Below, piece after piece: positions 21,615-31,175 of a stretch of DNA of 64,000 nt (the stretch's first letter is position 1; each line of letters starts with the position of its first letter). The DNA lies in assembly GCA_951813565.1 (NCBI GenBank), contig OX638351.1, forward strand, positions 3,904,001-3,968,000, in the 5' to 3' direction. This DNA is from an uncultured Poribacteria bacterium (lineage in GTDB: Bacteria > Poribacteria > WGA-4E > WGA-3G). Below the pieces are notes generated by a model that was not told the DNA's origin, made no database searches, and saw only the letters and a program-made list of their open reading frames with translations. Position numbers and translations under genes: made by a program.

Positions 21615-22724
21615 ATGCAAGACACCGAGTCATATATCGGTAGACACAAAACTGAATTAGATACGCCCGCGCTGTTAATTGATCTGGATAAAATGGAAGC
21701 CAATATCCAGAAGATGGCGGATTATTTTACTAATGTCAGCGCGGAACTCAGACCCCATCTCAAAACGCATAAAACGCCGATTATCGCACATAAACAGATT
21801 GAAGCGGGAGCAATAGGCATAACTTGTGCTAAATTGGGTGAAGCGGAGGCAGTAATTCATGCGGGAATTCGAGATGTCCTAATTGCCAATCAGATTGTCG
21901 GTCCACATAAGATAGCACGTCTTATCAACCTTGCAAAGCATTCTGAGATTATGGTTTCTGTGGACAACTCTCACAATGTGCAGGCTATTTCCGAAGCAGC
22001 AACAGCAAAAGGGGTAACTATCAGAATCTTGGTGGAAGTCAACATCGGGATGGATCGGTGTGGTGTTGAACCCGGTCAACCAACACTTGCGTTGACACAT
22101 CAGGTATGCCAAAGTCCAAACCTGAAGTTTGAAGGATTGATGGGATATGAGGGGCATACCGTCGCAAAACCGAACAGAACCGAACGTGAGACTGCGACAC
22201 GAGAAGCCATGCAACGCTTGATTGAAACGAAACATTTTCTTGAAGAGCATAGTGTAGAGGTTTCAATTATGAGCGGCGGTGGCACAGGCACTTTTGACAT
22301 CACAGGGAGTATTCCCGAAATGACGGAGGTGCAGGCTGGTTCTTATGTCTTCATGGATTCGACCTATCACAATGTTGAAGGCATTGGAGGAAAGTTTGAC
22401 AACGCATTGTCAGTTTTGGGCACTGTCGTCAGTTGTCCCGCACAGAATCGCATCATCGTAGACACGGGTTTGAAAGTGCTTACGAAGGAGTTCGGCATTC
22501 CACAACCGATTGTTGTTGCTGGACTCGAAATGACGGGTCTTTCCGAAGAGCATGGGAAAATGCTGGTTTCCAACGGAGATGTTTCCCTTAAACTGGGAGA
22601 TAAACTTGAAATTTTACCTACACACTGTTGTACCACTGTTAATCTGCACGATAGATACTACGGCATCCGTAATGAGATTGTCGAATCTGTCTGGGAAATT
22701 ACCGCAAGAGGAAAATCACAATAA
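21615..22724 (+). CDS. DSD1/D-threonine aldolase family PLP-dependent enzyme
   Basis: [47 protein letters not shown]. Confidence 0.92.
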   Translation: MQDTESYIGRHKTELDTPALLIDLDKMEANIQKMADYFTNVSAELRPHLKTHKTPIIAHKQIEAGAIGITCAKLGEAEAVIHAGIRDVLIANQIVGPHKIARLINLAKHSEIMVSVDNSHNVQAISEAATAKGVTIRILVEVNIGMDRCGVEPGQPTLALTHQVCQSPNLKFEGLMGYEGHTVAKPNRTERETATREAMQRLIETKHFLEEHSVEVSIMSGGGTGTFDITGSIPEMTEVQAGSYVFMDSTYHNVEGIGGKFDNALSVLGTVVSCPAQNRIIVDTGLKVLTKEFGIPQPIVVAGLEMTGLSEEHGKMLVSNGDVSLKLGDKLEILPTHCCTTVNLHDRYYGIRNEIVESVWEITARGKSQ

Positions 22725-23044
22725 TGATCACAACTACAACGAATACGATTGAAGGCAGACAAGTTGGACAATACCTTGGCTTAGTTACAGGTGAGGCAAT
22801 CATGGGGGCAAATATCTTTCGTGATTTTCTCGCTGGTATTACAGATATGATTGGCGGCCGCTCCGAAGCTTATGAAAGCAAACTTGCTGATGCACGTGAG
22901 ACCGCAATCCGAGAAATGCAAGAAATCGCGCAACGGCAAGGTGCTGATGCTGTCCTCGGTATTGATATTGACTATCAGGTGCTTGGTTCCAGTAACGGTA
23001 TGCTGATGGTGACCGCAACCGGAACTGCTGTTAAGTTAAAATAA
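22724..23044 (+). CDS. YbjQ / UPF0145 family protein
   Basis: TTTNTIEG...GANIFRD...GGRS..YE...GADAV...[11 protein letters not shown]. Confidence 0.93.
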   Translation: MITTTTNTIEGRQVGQYLGLVTGEAIMGANIFRDFLAGITDMIGGRSEAYESKLADARETAIREMQEIAQRQGADAVLGIDIDYQVLGSSNGMLMVTATGTAVKLK

Positions 23045-23072
23045 ATGAAGGTTGTACATAAAATAACCAATT

Positions 23073-23349
23073 TATAGTGAACTTTGAAATTATTGGGACT
23101 CTTTGCTAAACTTGTCTTGGAAAGATAATGGACAATAGAAGTTGTAGCACAAACTTTTAGTTTGTGCCTTATGAGACGCAAACTAAATGAAGATTAATTT
23201 ATTAATTCGGTAATTTTGGAGAAAGATCCAGTGCGGTTGGGAAACCGCACCTACCGGGTTTGGGAAAAATTAGAATTACCGAAATATTTTCTTAATCTTC
23301 ATAAAGTTTGCGCTACAGAAGTGTCCCATTAATTATAGGTTTTACTATA
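23073..23349. mobile_element. Nested MITE > REP pair > MITE > REP
   Basis: Outer TIRs TATAGTGAACTTTGAAATTATTGGGAC and GTCCCATTAATTATAGGTTTTACTATA; inner element 23188-23301 with TGAAGATTAA/TTAATCTTCA ends and TAAA duplication in a REP loop. Confidence 0.75.
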
Positions 23350-23554
23350 AATGTGTGTTTAAAAGTAGTAGGCACGCGCCGCGTGCCGTAACAACTTCAA
23401 AGAGGACACAAATGCTGAACGCGTATTTAGCGTTGATTTAAACAGTCAACTCGTGCAAAGATAAAAAGTGTTGGGTTTCACGTTGTTCAACTCAACCTAC
23501 AACATTTTCTAAACCCACGCTCAATTAAAAAACAAAATTTATAGGAGGACTGCG

Positions 23555-24733
23555 GTGCAAAATTTAATTTCAACATATAAACTAAATATTAAATGTAAAC
23601 GTCATGACATAATAGGACTGCTTGCTACGATTATTTTTCTGTCCACACAGTTAAGCGCAAATGCTTATATTTCAATACCTTATACCATTCCGCAAATTGT
23701 CAGTGAAAGTACCAACGTTGTTTTTGGAACTATCACAGAGGTTAACACCAAACGACAGACAGCTGATATTAAGGTTGAACAAAACCTCAAAGGTCGCAGC
23801 GAATTTGACGTGATTAGAATTCGCTTTGATATTTTTAAAGGGGAAGCAGACCATAGAAAAGAGATTGCGCGTTTTCTAAAGCAGGGTGAACCGATTGTTG
23901 TTTGTTATGAACAAAAAGAAGGGCGGATCAACAGTATTGCACATACAAGAGGAAAATGGTTTCAACTCATGGTTACAAAGGATAAAGAGAGAGGTTGGGG
24001 TAGGTGGGGGTTCACCCATTTTGAAGTCAAACTCAATCAGTTCAAAGTTTCAAAAAGAGATTCAACACCCGAATTCCAGAAAGAGGTACGCGCTGTCCTT
24101 AATGGAGATATAATCCGCCTCTTTCTTCTGAACAGAAAAAACTATCAAAAGGAAGTTCCTGTTATTTCCAGCATTGATAAGGTGGGAAAACGTTGGATTG
24201 CCTTTGATGAGACAACCGATCGCAACCTGCCAGGGCTTAGTAAAACTGACATATTATGGCTTGGCTACCGCGCAATTGATGATGGCAGATACCTCCTAAA
24301 TAAGAACCAAGAGAAACGGATCAGAGATTTTGTCAAGAACGGCGGCATTGTCATTGTTTCTGGTCAGGATTGTGATACAGATCGTCCAAGCAGAACCGAT
24401 TGGTTACCTGAACCTCTCAAAGGTGTAGAAAGCCCCCGTCGAAATGACTTCCAGCCTACATCCAAAGCAGGTTCCCTTTTTAAAGCACCGCATCAAATCC
24501 GTTCAGGACATCTTTCACTTGACGACTCCTGGAACGGGTGGAACGATAAATATGAAGTGTTAGCCACAACCAATAATGGCAAGGAAATTGTTGTTGCTCA
24601 ATTGAGATATGGGAAAGGCATGTATGTGATCACAAACCTACGCAATGATAGTAAAGAACAGGTTGCTCAAAACCACAAGATGCTTGAGAATCTTGTGCAT
24701 TTTGCTGTAGAATTCTTGGGTAAATCCAAATAG
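23555..24733 (+). CDS. Secreted hypothetical protein with C-terminal GATase-like (class I fold) domain
   Basis: AGGAGG RBS; signal-like segment; IRDFVKNGGIVIV..DWLP..YGKG..MLENLV, shared with 29014-29790. Confidence 0.65.
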   Translation: MQNLISTYKLNIKCKRHDIIGLLATIIFLSTQLSANAYISIPYTIPQIVSESTNVVFGTITEVNTKRQTADIKVEQNLKGRSEFDVIRIRFDIFKGEADHRKEIARFLKQGEPIVVCYEQKEGRINSIAHTRGKWFQLMVTKDKERGWGRWGFTHFEVKLNQFKVSKRDSTPEFQKEVRAVLNGDIIRLFLLNRKNYQKEVPVISSIDKVGKRWIAFDETTDRNLPGLSKTDILWLGYRAIDDGRYLLNKNQEKRIRDFVKNGGIVIVSGQDCDTDRPSRTDWLPEPLKGVESPRRNDFQPTSKAGSLFKAPHQIRSGHLSLDDSWNGWNDKYEVLATTNNGKEIVVAQLRYGKGMYVITNLRNDSKEQVAQNHKMLENLVHFAVEFLGKSK

Positions 24734-24750
24734 TACGGGAGTTATAACGT

Positions 24751-26286
24751 ATGAGAAAAACCACATGGATATTGACCTTAAGTCTCATATCGGTTTTTGT
24801 CTGTTTCACAGCCACAGCACATGCAGTTATTCCGCAGCTTCTCGGACCACTTACTGCCCTGCTTAGCATCATCCCGCAGATACTCGCCTTTGTCGGCGTT
24901 GCTGTTCTAACCGCGCTTGTATTTGCACGCGATACAACAAAGATGTATTTTTACAAGCTGCGAGATTTTCTGACTGTCCGCAGAGTGATTGTCTCTGTAA
25001 TTAGTTTGGTTGTCCTAATTGGGTTAGCGGTATTGACCTATCAATTTGTTGGGAAAGGAATAAAAGAAAATGTTACCACGACAGGTACAGACGATCAGCG
25101 TGCTGGCACAAAAAATGTAAGAACAGGCACGGCATGGACAACGTTCCGAAGCAATGCAAATCGCACAGGGCACGTTGATGACCTACCCGGTCCTACAAAC
25201 GGAACCCCTTCCTGGGTTTTCAAAGCTAAAGGGAGAAAAACGGTTCAATTCCTTTCATCACCAACAATCGTAGGTAACCGTCTTTATATTGGTTCGCTCC
25301 AAGGTGCAGTTTTTTCTGTTAGTGGTGCAACTTATTGTATAGACACGGATACGCAGGAAGTTGTCTGGCGGCACGATTCAGAAATACCTATCGTTTCCTC
25401 ACCTGCTGTTGTTGCAGGTAGGGTTTACATCGGTGAAGGTTTTCATGAAGATAGTGGTTGCCGACTCCGATGTCTTGATGCAAAGACTGGCGATCCTATC
25501 TGGAGTTTCACTACTGCAAGCCATGTGGAGTCTACACCATTCATTACCCAAGGAAGGCTCTATTTTACTGGTGGTGCGGACGGTATTTATTGCCTTGACG
25601 CGCTGGCAGGTGAGCAAATATGGCACTTTCCTGCTGTTCATGCAGACATGTCCCCAATAGTTAAAGATGGTAAGGTTTATTTTGGTACCGGTTACGGTGA
25701 ATATAAAATCTATGCTGTGGATGCTGAAACAGGTGCCGAGATATGGTCAAAACCCATGCCGTATCCGGTCTGGGGCAGCCCAAGTGTGCACGACAACTTA
25801 GTCTTTTTCGGTTTAGGCAGAGGTGATTTTTCTCAAAGTCATCCTATTCCAAAGGGGAAAGTTGTCGCGCTAAACACCGAAACAGGCGATATCGCCTGGG
25901 AATATGAGGCAGCAGACGCGGTCCTTACAGCGATTGTCGTACACGATGATTTTGTAACTTTTGGTTCCCGCGACGGTTTTGTGTACACACTCACAGCAAC
26001 AAGTGGCGAACTCCATTGGGAAACCGATCTTGGTGCAGTCATTGTGTCATCACCTGCTGTAACACAAGAGGCTGTTTATGCTGCAACGGAAGCCGGAGTA
26101 ATCTACTGTCTCGCCATTGATGATGGCAGCATTATATGGGAATATGATACACAGACCGTTGAATATGGGTTGAAACTCCTTTCTTCTCCAGCTATTGCAG
26201 ATGGAAAACTATACATCGGTTCAAGTGACCGGTATATTTTATGCTTAGGTGGAAAAGAGCTTGTTCCAACCGTTGAAGATCGTTAA
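24751..26286 (+). CDS. Membrane-anchored PQQ-like (BamB-like) beta-propeller protein
   Basis: Repeated SSPAV..G.VY.G...LDA.TG...W blades; hydrophobic N-terminal segments. Confidence 0.9.
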   Translation: MRKTTWILTLSLISVFVCFTATAHAVIPQLLGPLTALLSIIPQILAFVGVAVLTALVFARDTTKMYFYKLRDFLTVRRVIVSVISLVVLIGLAVLTYQFVGKGIKENVTTTGTDDQRAGTKNVRTGTAWTTFRSNANRTGHVDDLPGPTNGTPSWVFKAKGRKTVQFLSSPTIVGNRLYIGSLQGAVFSVSGATYCIDTDTQEVVWRHDSEIPIVSSPAVVAGRVYIGEGFHEDSGCRLRCLDAKTGDPIWSFTTASHVESTPFITQGRLYFTGGADGIYCLDALAGEQIWHFPAVHADMSPIVKDGKVYFGTGYGEYKIYAVDAETGAEIWSKPMPYPVWGSPSVHDNLVFFGLGRGDFSQSHPIPKGKVVALNTETGDIAWEYEAADAVLTAIVVHDDFVTFGSRDGFVYTLTATSGELHWETDLGAVIVSSPAVTQEAVYAATEAGVIYCLAIDDGSIIWEYDTQTVEYGLKLLSSPAIADGKLYIGSSDRYILCLGGKELVPTVEDR

Positions 26287-26429
26287 CTTTGGTATAGATT
26301 TTAATAATATCTTATTCTATTTACACGCTAAGAATTAGTAAATTGACTATAATTTATCTTGTAAACCGCGAACTCGCAATCACGTTTACTTACAAATGAT
26401 CAATTTAACTTCTAACAAGGAGAACGAAA

Positions 26430-27284
26430 ATGAAAAAGTTTTTGATTGCAATTACACTATTGCTATTCCTCACAAGTGTTGCAGCACATGCACAGTGGCG
26501 CAGCAAAACACATGACGTTTACAACGCACTTCAAAATACTCTTGACATTAAGATTGATGGTGAACTTGATGACGCTGAAGGGTGGGAAGGTGTATTTGAT
26601 ACAGTCAAAGGGACCAATGGAGAACCATTCTGCGGTGTCAAAAATGATACTGATGGGGCAGGAGCAGAGAAAGCTTTTGAATCCCATGGAGGAGGCGATT
26701 GGAAAGGGGCTGATGACCACGAAACCTGTTTTGCAATTGTCTGGGAACCAGATGCCGTTTATATTGGACTAAGTGTTACTGATGACGAGCATCAAAATGG
26801 CGGTGGACAATGGAACGGTGATAGCTTGCAGCTTGCATTTGAACCGACTGGTAAGCGCGACGGAGGACTAACACTCTTTCTCTATAACGTTGCGTTAGGC
26901 AACGATGCAAAGAACATGCTTCCTGTTCATAATGAGACAACAAACGGTGGTCCAGGACTTGTTGCTGGGGAAGATGTCGCCATAACCCGAAACGAAAACG
27001 AAAAAGAGACTTATTATGAAATTGCAATTACTCCTGAAGATTTGGGCTTGAATAGTCAGTTTAAAGAAGGATACGAATTCGGAATCGGAATTTGTGTCAA
27101 CGATGGCGATAAAGCCGCCGGCCAAGAAGGGCAAAAAGGGTGGAGTGGATGGTATCCACGTGCGGTTGTTCACGGAAAAAATTCTGAAAATACAGGGCTT
27201 GTCATTCTCACTGATGAAGTTCTTGCTGTTGAACCTTCAAATAAGTTAACAACAACTTGGGGTAAACTAAAATCAACCCAATAG
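26430..27284 (+). CDS. Secreted CBM9/DOMON-like sugar-binding protein with C-terminal TWG motif
   Basis: Signal peptide; IKIDGELDD, VYIGLSVTDD, WNGDSLQL, YYEIAI, ICVNDGD; ends AVEPSNKLTTTWGKLKSTQ. Confidence 0.8.
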   Translation: MKKFLIAITLLLFLTSVAAHAQWRSKTHDVYNALQNTLDIKIDGELDDAEGWEGVFDTVKGTNGEPFCGVKNDTDGAGAEKAFESHGGGDWKGADDHETCFAIVWEPDAVYIGLSVTDDEHQNGGGQWNGDSLQLAFEPTGKRDGGLTLFLYNVALGNDAKNMLPVHNETTNGGPGLVAGEDVAITRNENEKETYYEIAITPEDLGLNSQFKEGYEFGIGICVNDGDKAAGQEGQKGWSGWYPRAVVHGKNSENTGLVILTDEVLAVEPSNKLTTTWGKLKSTQ

Positions 27285-27557
27285 GTGTCAACTTAAGGAT
27301 ACACCTTCTTGTGGGAGGGGTTTGTAACCCCGATTTAATTAGTTTAGGTTCACAAAAGCGGGGTTACAAACCCGACAAATGCCAAAAGCAGAATCAACGC
27401 CGAGCGCGCGTATGGCACTCGTCGCATTTGGCGTTGATTTGGCAGCATGCCATACGGGGAATGCCAACAAGCATTCATACCGTTGATTTGGCGCATGCTG
27501 CGTTGATTCACTCCCACAAGAGACAATCTGGTAATTATGTGCTTAAATTGACGCCTA
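27282..27557. mobile_element. MITE with 24-bp target duplication, carrying an inverted REP pair and a micro-element stack
   Basis: TIRs TAGGTGTCAACTTAAG and CTTAAATTGACGCCTA; direct repeat TGGGGTA(A/G)ACTAAAATCAACCCAA at 27258-27281 and 27558-27581. Confidence 0.85.
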
Positions 27558-27755
27558 TGGGGTAGACTAAAATCAACCCAATAACTGTTTTGACATAAGC
27601 TAAAACTGCTAAACCGTAGCGGAAAAACAGCCGCTACCTAATCTGTTTGGGCAGAAATACCTGCCCAATTTTCTAACACAGGAAGCAACGCTGTTGCTCT
27701 TTCAAAACTTCCACTGCTAAGGTGGAATATAATTAATATAGAGAGGTAAATTTAG

Positions 27756-28601
27756 ATGAAAAAACAGGTTTTTGTATTTGCTGCACTATTTGCAGCAGTA
27801 ACTCTACTTACAATTAATGTCGCAGATGCACAGTGGCGTAGTCCAACACACGATGTATACAATGCCCCATCTGGTGTTGACGTTACCATTGATGGTAATC
27901 TTGACGAATGGGGTGAGGTTATGGATGCTGTCACTGGAACTGACGGTTCCCCGTTTTGCGGCGTAGAATTTGAAGGCGTCGGCGGCGCAGTTAAAGTTTT
28001 TGAAGAACACGGTGGTGGTAAATGGAACAGTGCTGATGACCAAACAGTCTGTTTCATGATTGCTTGGAACCCCGATGCGGCTTATCTTGCACTGAGTGTT
28101 ACTGATGACGAGCATCAAAATTCCGGTGCTGCATGGAATGGTGATGCCGCACAAATCGCATTTGAACCAACTGGCAAGCGCGATGGAGGGTTAGCACTCT
28201 TTCTCTATAACGTTGCATTAGACAACAATGCAGAAAATCTCATCCTTCATAATGAGAGAACAAACGGACAACCTGGTCTTGAGGCAGAGAGAGATTTTGC
28301 AATCACTCGAGACGAGGGTGCTAAGAAAACCTACTACGAATTTAAATTCACTCCTGCGAATTTCGGTCTTGCTGGTTCATTTAGTGCAGGTATCGAAGTC
28401 GGTTTAGGTATCTGTGTCAATGATGGCGATATAGACACTCCTGGGCAAAAAGGGTGGGGTGGTTGGTATCCGCATTCTGTTGTCCACGGAAAAAATTCCG
28501 AAAAGACGGGACTTGTTGTGCTTAGCAGCAATGCGGTAACCGCTGTTGAACCAGCTGATAAACTTACTACTACATGGGGTAATTTGAAATCTACCCAGTA
28601 G
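27756..28601 (+). CDS. Secreted CBM9/DOMON-like sugar-binding protein (paralog) with C-terminal TWG motif
   Basis: Strongly similar to 26430-27284; ends AVEPADKLTTTWGNLKSTQ. Confidence 0.8.
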   Translation: MKKQVFVFAALFAAVTLLTINVADAQWRSPTHDVYNAPSGVDVTIDGNLDEWGEVMDAVTGTDGSPFCGVEFEGVGGAVKVFEEHGGGKWNSADDQTVCFMIAWNPDAAYLALSVTDDEHQNSGAAWNGDAAQIAFEPTGKRDGGLALFLYNVALDNNAENLILHNERTNGQPGLEAERDFAITRDEGAKKTYYEFKFTPANFGLAGSFSAGIEVGLGICVNDGDIDTPGQKGWGGWYPHSVVHGKNSEKTGLVVLSSNAVTAVEPADKLTTTWGNLKSTQ

Positions 28602-28632
28602 CAGCTTAACACTTATCAGTAATCTTTAGTTC

Positions 28633-28664
28633 CATTATAGTGGTTCATTCGAACCACTATAATG
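28633..28664. terminator. Strong hairpin after the CBM9-like gene, possible terminator
   Basis: CATTATAGTGGTTC-ATTC-GAACCACTATAATG. Confidence 0.5.
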
Positions 28665-28733
28665 AAAAATATGTTTCAATCAAATTAGATGTTCCCGGTG
28701 AACTTTCAATACCGCTTCTGTATTAGGCTCTAA

Positions 28734-28923
28734 TACCAATTCTAAAATACAATGTCCCATTTAACATACTGCAATTTAATGGAATATCTATAGAAGATAA
28801 GAATGTCCGAGGCGCCAAGTCATGGCGAATACCATACGCGTATTCGCCCAAGTGCGCTTGGCAATGAATTGCGCGACTACGAACAGATAATTTGAAAATG
28901 AGAAGTTATTTTCAGAAATGGTA
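28734..28923. mobile_element. TACC...GGTA MITE with TAA duplication, REP cargo and 28-nt micro-element
   Basis: TAA|TACCAATTCTAAAA ... TTTTCAGAAATGGTA|TAA. Confidence 0.7.
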
Positions 28924-29013
28924 TAATCATGAGAAGTTAACCGAGGAGCTAAAACACTGGCTTGTTTGTTGAACGAGAAGAAGAAAAGCCAAAACATAAT
29001 ACCAATATTCCAC

Positions 29014-29790
29014 TTACCACATTTTCAGATTCGCCCACCTCGTTGTGAGTTTTCCATCTGCTTCAACAGCAGCAAATTCTTCAACATAGTTCAGCAAATT
29101 TTCCATGAAAAGTTTTGCCATGTCTTTCGTATGGTCATCGTTACCTGCGATATAGTATTTATCAGGTGCAATTGCCATCATCAGGAACTTACCTTTCCCG
29201 AATTCCGCTTCCATAATGACAGGTTGTCCCAAACTTTCCATCAGCACGTCAAATCCTGTCTGAGAAGCGATGACTTCCCAAACAGTAGGCCAGCCTTGAT
29301 GTCCCCAGCCTTTAAACGTATTCTCATTCATACGGTTTGGTTCGTTAAAGAGCCGATGCTCCGCTTCTAATATTTTAAAATCTGCACTATCACGGTCACT
29401 CCGAACACAACTCAATTCAGGCGGCAACCAATCCACCTTCGCTTCGTTTTGGTCAGCTTGGGTCGGTTCCCAGACGACACCACCATTTACGACGAAATCC
29501 TGAATTGCTTTTGCATTCTTGTCAAGGTTTTGGTGCAATCCAGCATTGTTTGTCGTCATGCTACCGATTAAGAAAATTCTATTTTCCGCTTTGAGGGGTA
29601 GCTCTCCACCTTCAAGCGCCTTTGTCAGATCATCGTACTCAACTTTGAATTCATCCAGTGTCTGACGCAACGCATCAACTTTTGTCCACTCGTCAGCAAA
29701 ATCAACAACAGCAATTTTAGCAGCTTCTACAGCCATTACGCTCAAAATGAGGTTCAAAATACAGAACCATGCAAACAAACGGTGAAACAT
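29014..29790 (-). CDS. Secreted GATase-like-fold protein with C-terminal TW motif
   Basis: Signal peptide; IQDFVVNGG..DWLP..FGKGK..MENLL; ends AVEADGKLTTRWANLKMW. Confidence 0.7.
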   Translation of the reverse strand: MFHRLFAWFCILNLILSVMAVEAAKIAVVDFADEWTKVDALRQTLDEFKVEYDDLTKALEGGELPLKAENRIFLIGSMTTNNAGLHQNLDKNAKAIQDFVVNGGVVWEPTQADQNEAKVDWLPPELSCVRSDRDSADFKILEAEHRLFNEPNRMNENTFKGWGHQGWPTVWEVIASQTGFDVLMESLGQPVIMEAEFGKGKFLMMAIAPDKYYIAGNDDHTKDMAKLFMENLLNYVEEFAAVEADGKLTTRWANLKMW

Positions 29791-29899
29791 AAGTTTATTT
29801 CCTTACACGTAACACGTATTTTCACGAACCCAAAGAACCCTTTGTCAACTTATAAGAAAGCCGTCAACTTTGGTGGCTTTCTTATCTACGGTGATTTAA

Positions 29900-30931
29900 C
29901 TAATGGTCATGATGGTCAGTTTTGTGGTAGTGTAAGCGAAGCAGATCAGCGCCGAAGTCATCCGCAATATGTCGCCACACTGAATGAACGTGGTTCGCAT
30001 TGTTCTGTGTGTTGTCATACTCCACAAAGAAAAATGGGCTATGAAGTCTATAATAGTGAGGCATCCTACGTTCTTCACCACCTGCCCACGCAAAGTGAAT
30101 ATCATTAAAACTAATTTCGCGTAATTTTCGGCGTTCAATCTCTGCGATCTCATCTGGAAGTCGATCAATATATTCGTGAACCAATTGGATCAGGAGTTCA
30201 CGTTGATGCGTTTGCATTGTTTCAACTGCTAATCCTTCAACTGCTTCAAACTCCACTTTGGGAGCATTCCGCGTTAGAATATCAGATGGTGCTTCCGTAT
30301 TGATAATGGCTAAGGTTTTTTGGTATGGTGTAAGACTTGTTAAAAGTTGCCGTGCCAGATCTTCTTCAGCGAAAAGGACTCGTAATCCTTTTTTGTCACC
30401 TTGTGGTACCTCTGCTGGGTTCGAGCCAAAGAAGAAAGGATTTGGAGAAATCAATTCGCGATTGACAACCGTAAAGTTCAGGGAAACATGATGACCTTCG
30501 GTGCGCCACCCCCATGCACCATTTCCTGTCGGATCGCCAAATACGGTGAAAAAGTAGAATTCAGGATTACGTTCAAGTCGTGTCTCACCTGCTGTCTTTT
30601 CAATTTCGCCCAATATGGACTCTAAATTAATGATTGCTCGGGCTTTTTCATAACCTTTTGCACTCAACCCACTTGCCATGAGCGCGAGTGCCAATTCCTG
30701 CTGGTTCGTGCTTAGTTCTTTTAACGAAACACCTTGACGTTCCCACATCTCTATAGGAATGTAGTGCCACCGAAACCGTTCATTTCCATCAAACGGTTGG
30801 CACGCTTTTTCGCGTAAAGTAGGAGTCAAAACGTCTAAAAAATTCGATGCTGCCTGTGCCATCCGTTCTGCTGTTTCTGAAGCTGGAATTACTAATGGTG
30901 TTGTATAGGAGTCAGAATGTGCGTGTGCCAC
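29900..30931 (-). CDS. DUF3500 domain protein
   Basis: RWHYIP, FTVFGDP..WGWRTEGHHVSLNF, FFGSNP, HYYRLH, EYDNTQNNANHVHSVWR; GTG start after GGAGG. Confidence 0.9.
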   Translation of the reverse strand: MAHAHSDSYTTPLVIPASETAERMAQAASNFLDVLTPTLREKACQPFDGNERFRWHYIPIEMWERQGVSLKELSTNQQELALALMASGLSAKGYEKARAIINLESILGEIEKTAGETRLERNPEFYFFTVFGDPTGNGAWGWRTEGHHVSLNFTVVNRELISPNPFFFGSNPAEVPQGDKKGLRVLFAEEDLARQLLTSLTPYQKTLAIINTEAPSDILTRNAPKVEFEAVEGLAVETMQTHQRELLIQLVHEYIDRLPDEIAEIERRKLREISFNDIHFAWAGGEERRMPHYYRLHSPFFFVEYDNTQNNANHVHSVWRHIADDFGADLLRLHYHKTDHHDH

Positions 30932-31080
30932 CGAAATACCTCCGTTGATTTTTGCTGCAATTATTCTAACTGAATTCTTACCAAAAATCCACTTAATTAG
31001 ATACGTTCCACATAATTTGTACAAACTTTAACCGCTTTGACATAAGAAATCAACTAAAATTTGATTAATACATCCAAATT

Positions 31081-31109
31081 TTGACATAAAACCGCAATTT
31101 CTGTAAACT
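31081..31109 (+). promoter_or_regulatory. Sigma70-type promoter of the ECF sigma operon
   Basis: TTGACA-17 nt-TAAACT. Confidence 0.6.
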
Positions 31110-31175
31110 TAATGAAACCCATCTACGTTAAAAAATTAACTTGTTCAAAAACTGAACGAAAGTCTGGCAGAAGTT

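Noticed and set aside
27311..27565. 84-aa ORF between the CBM9-like genes
   Set aside because: Lies almost entirely within a MITE, REP and micro-element stack
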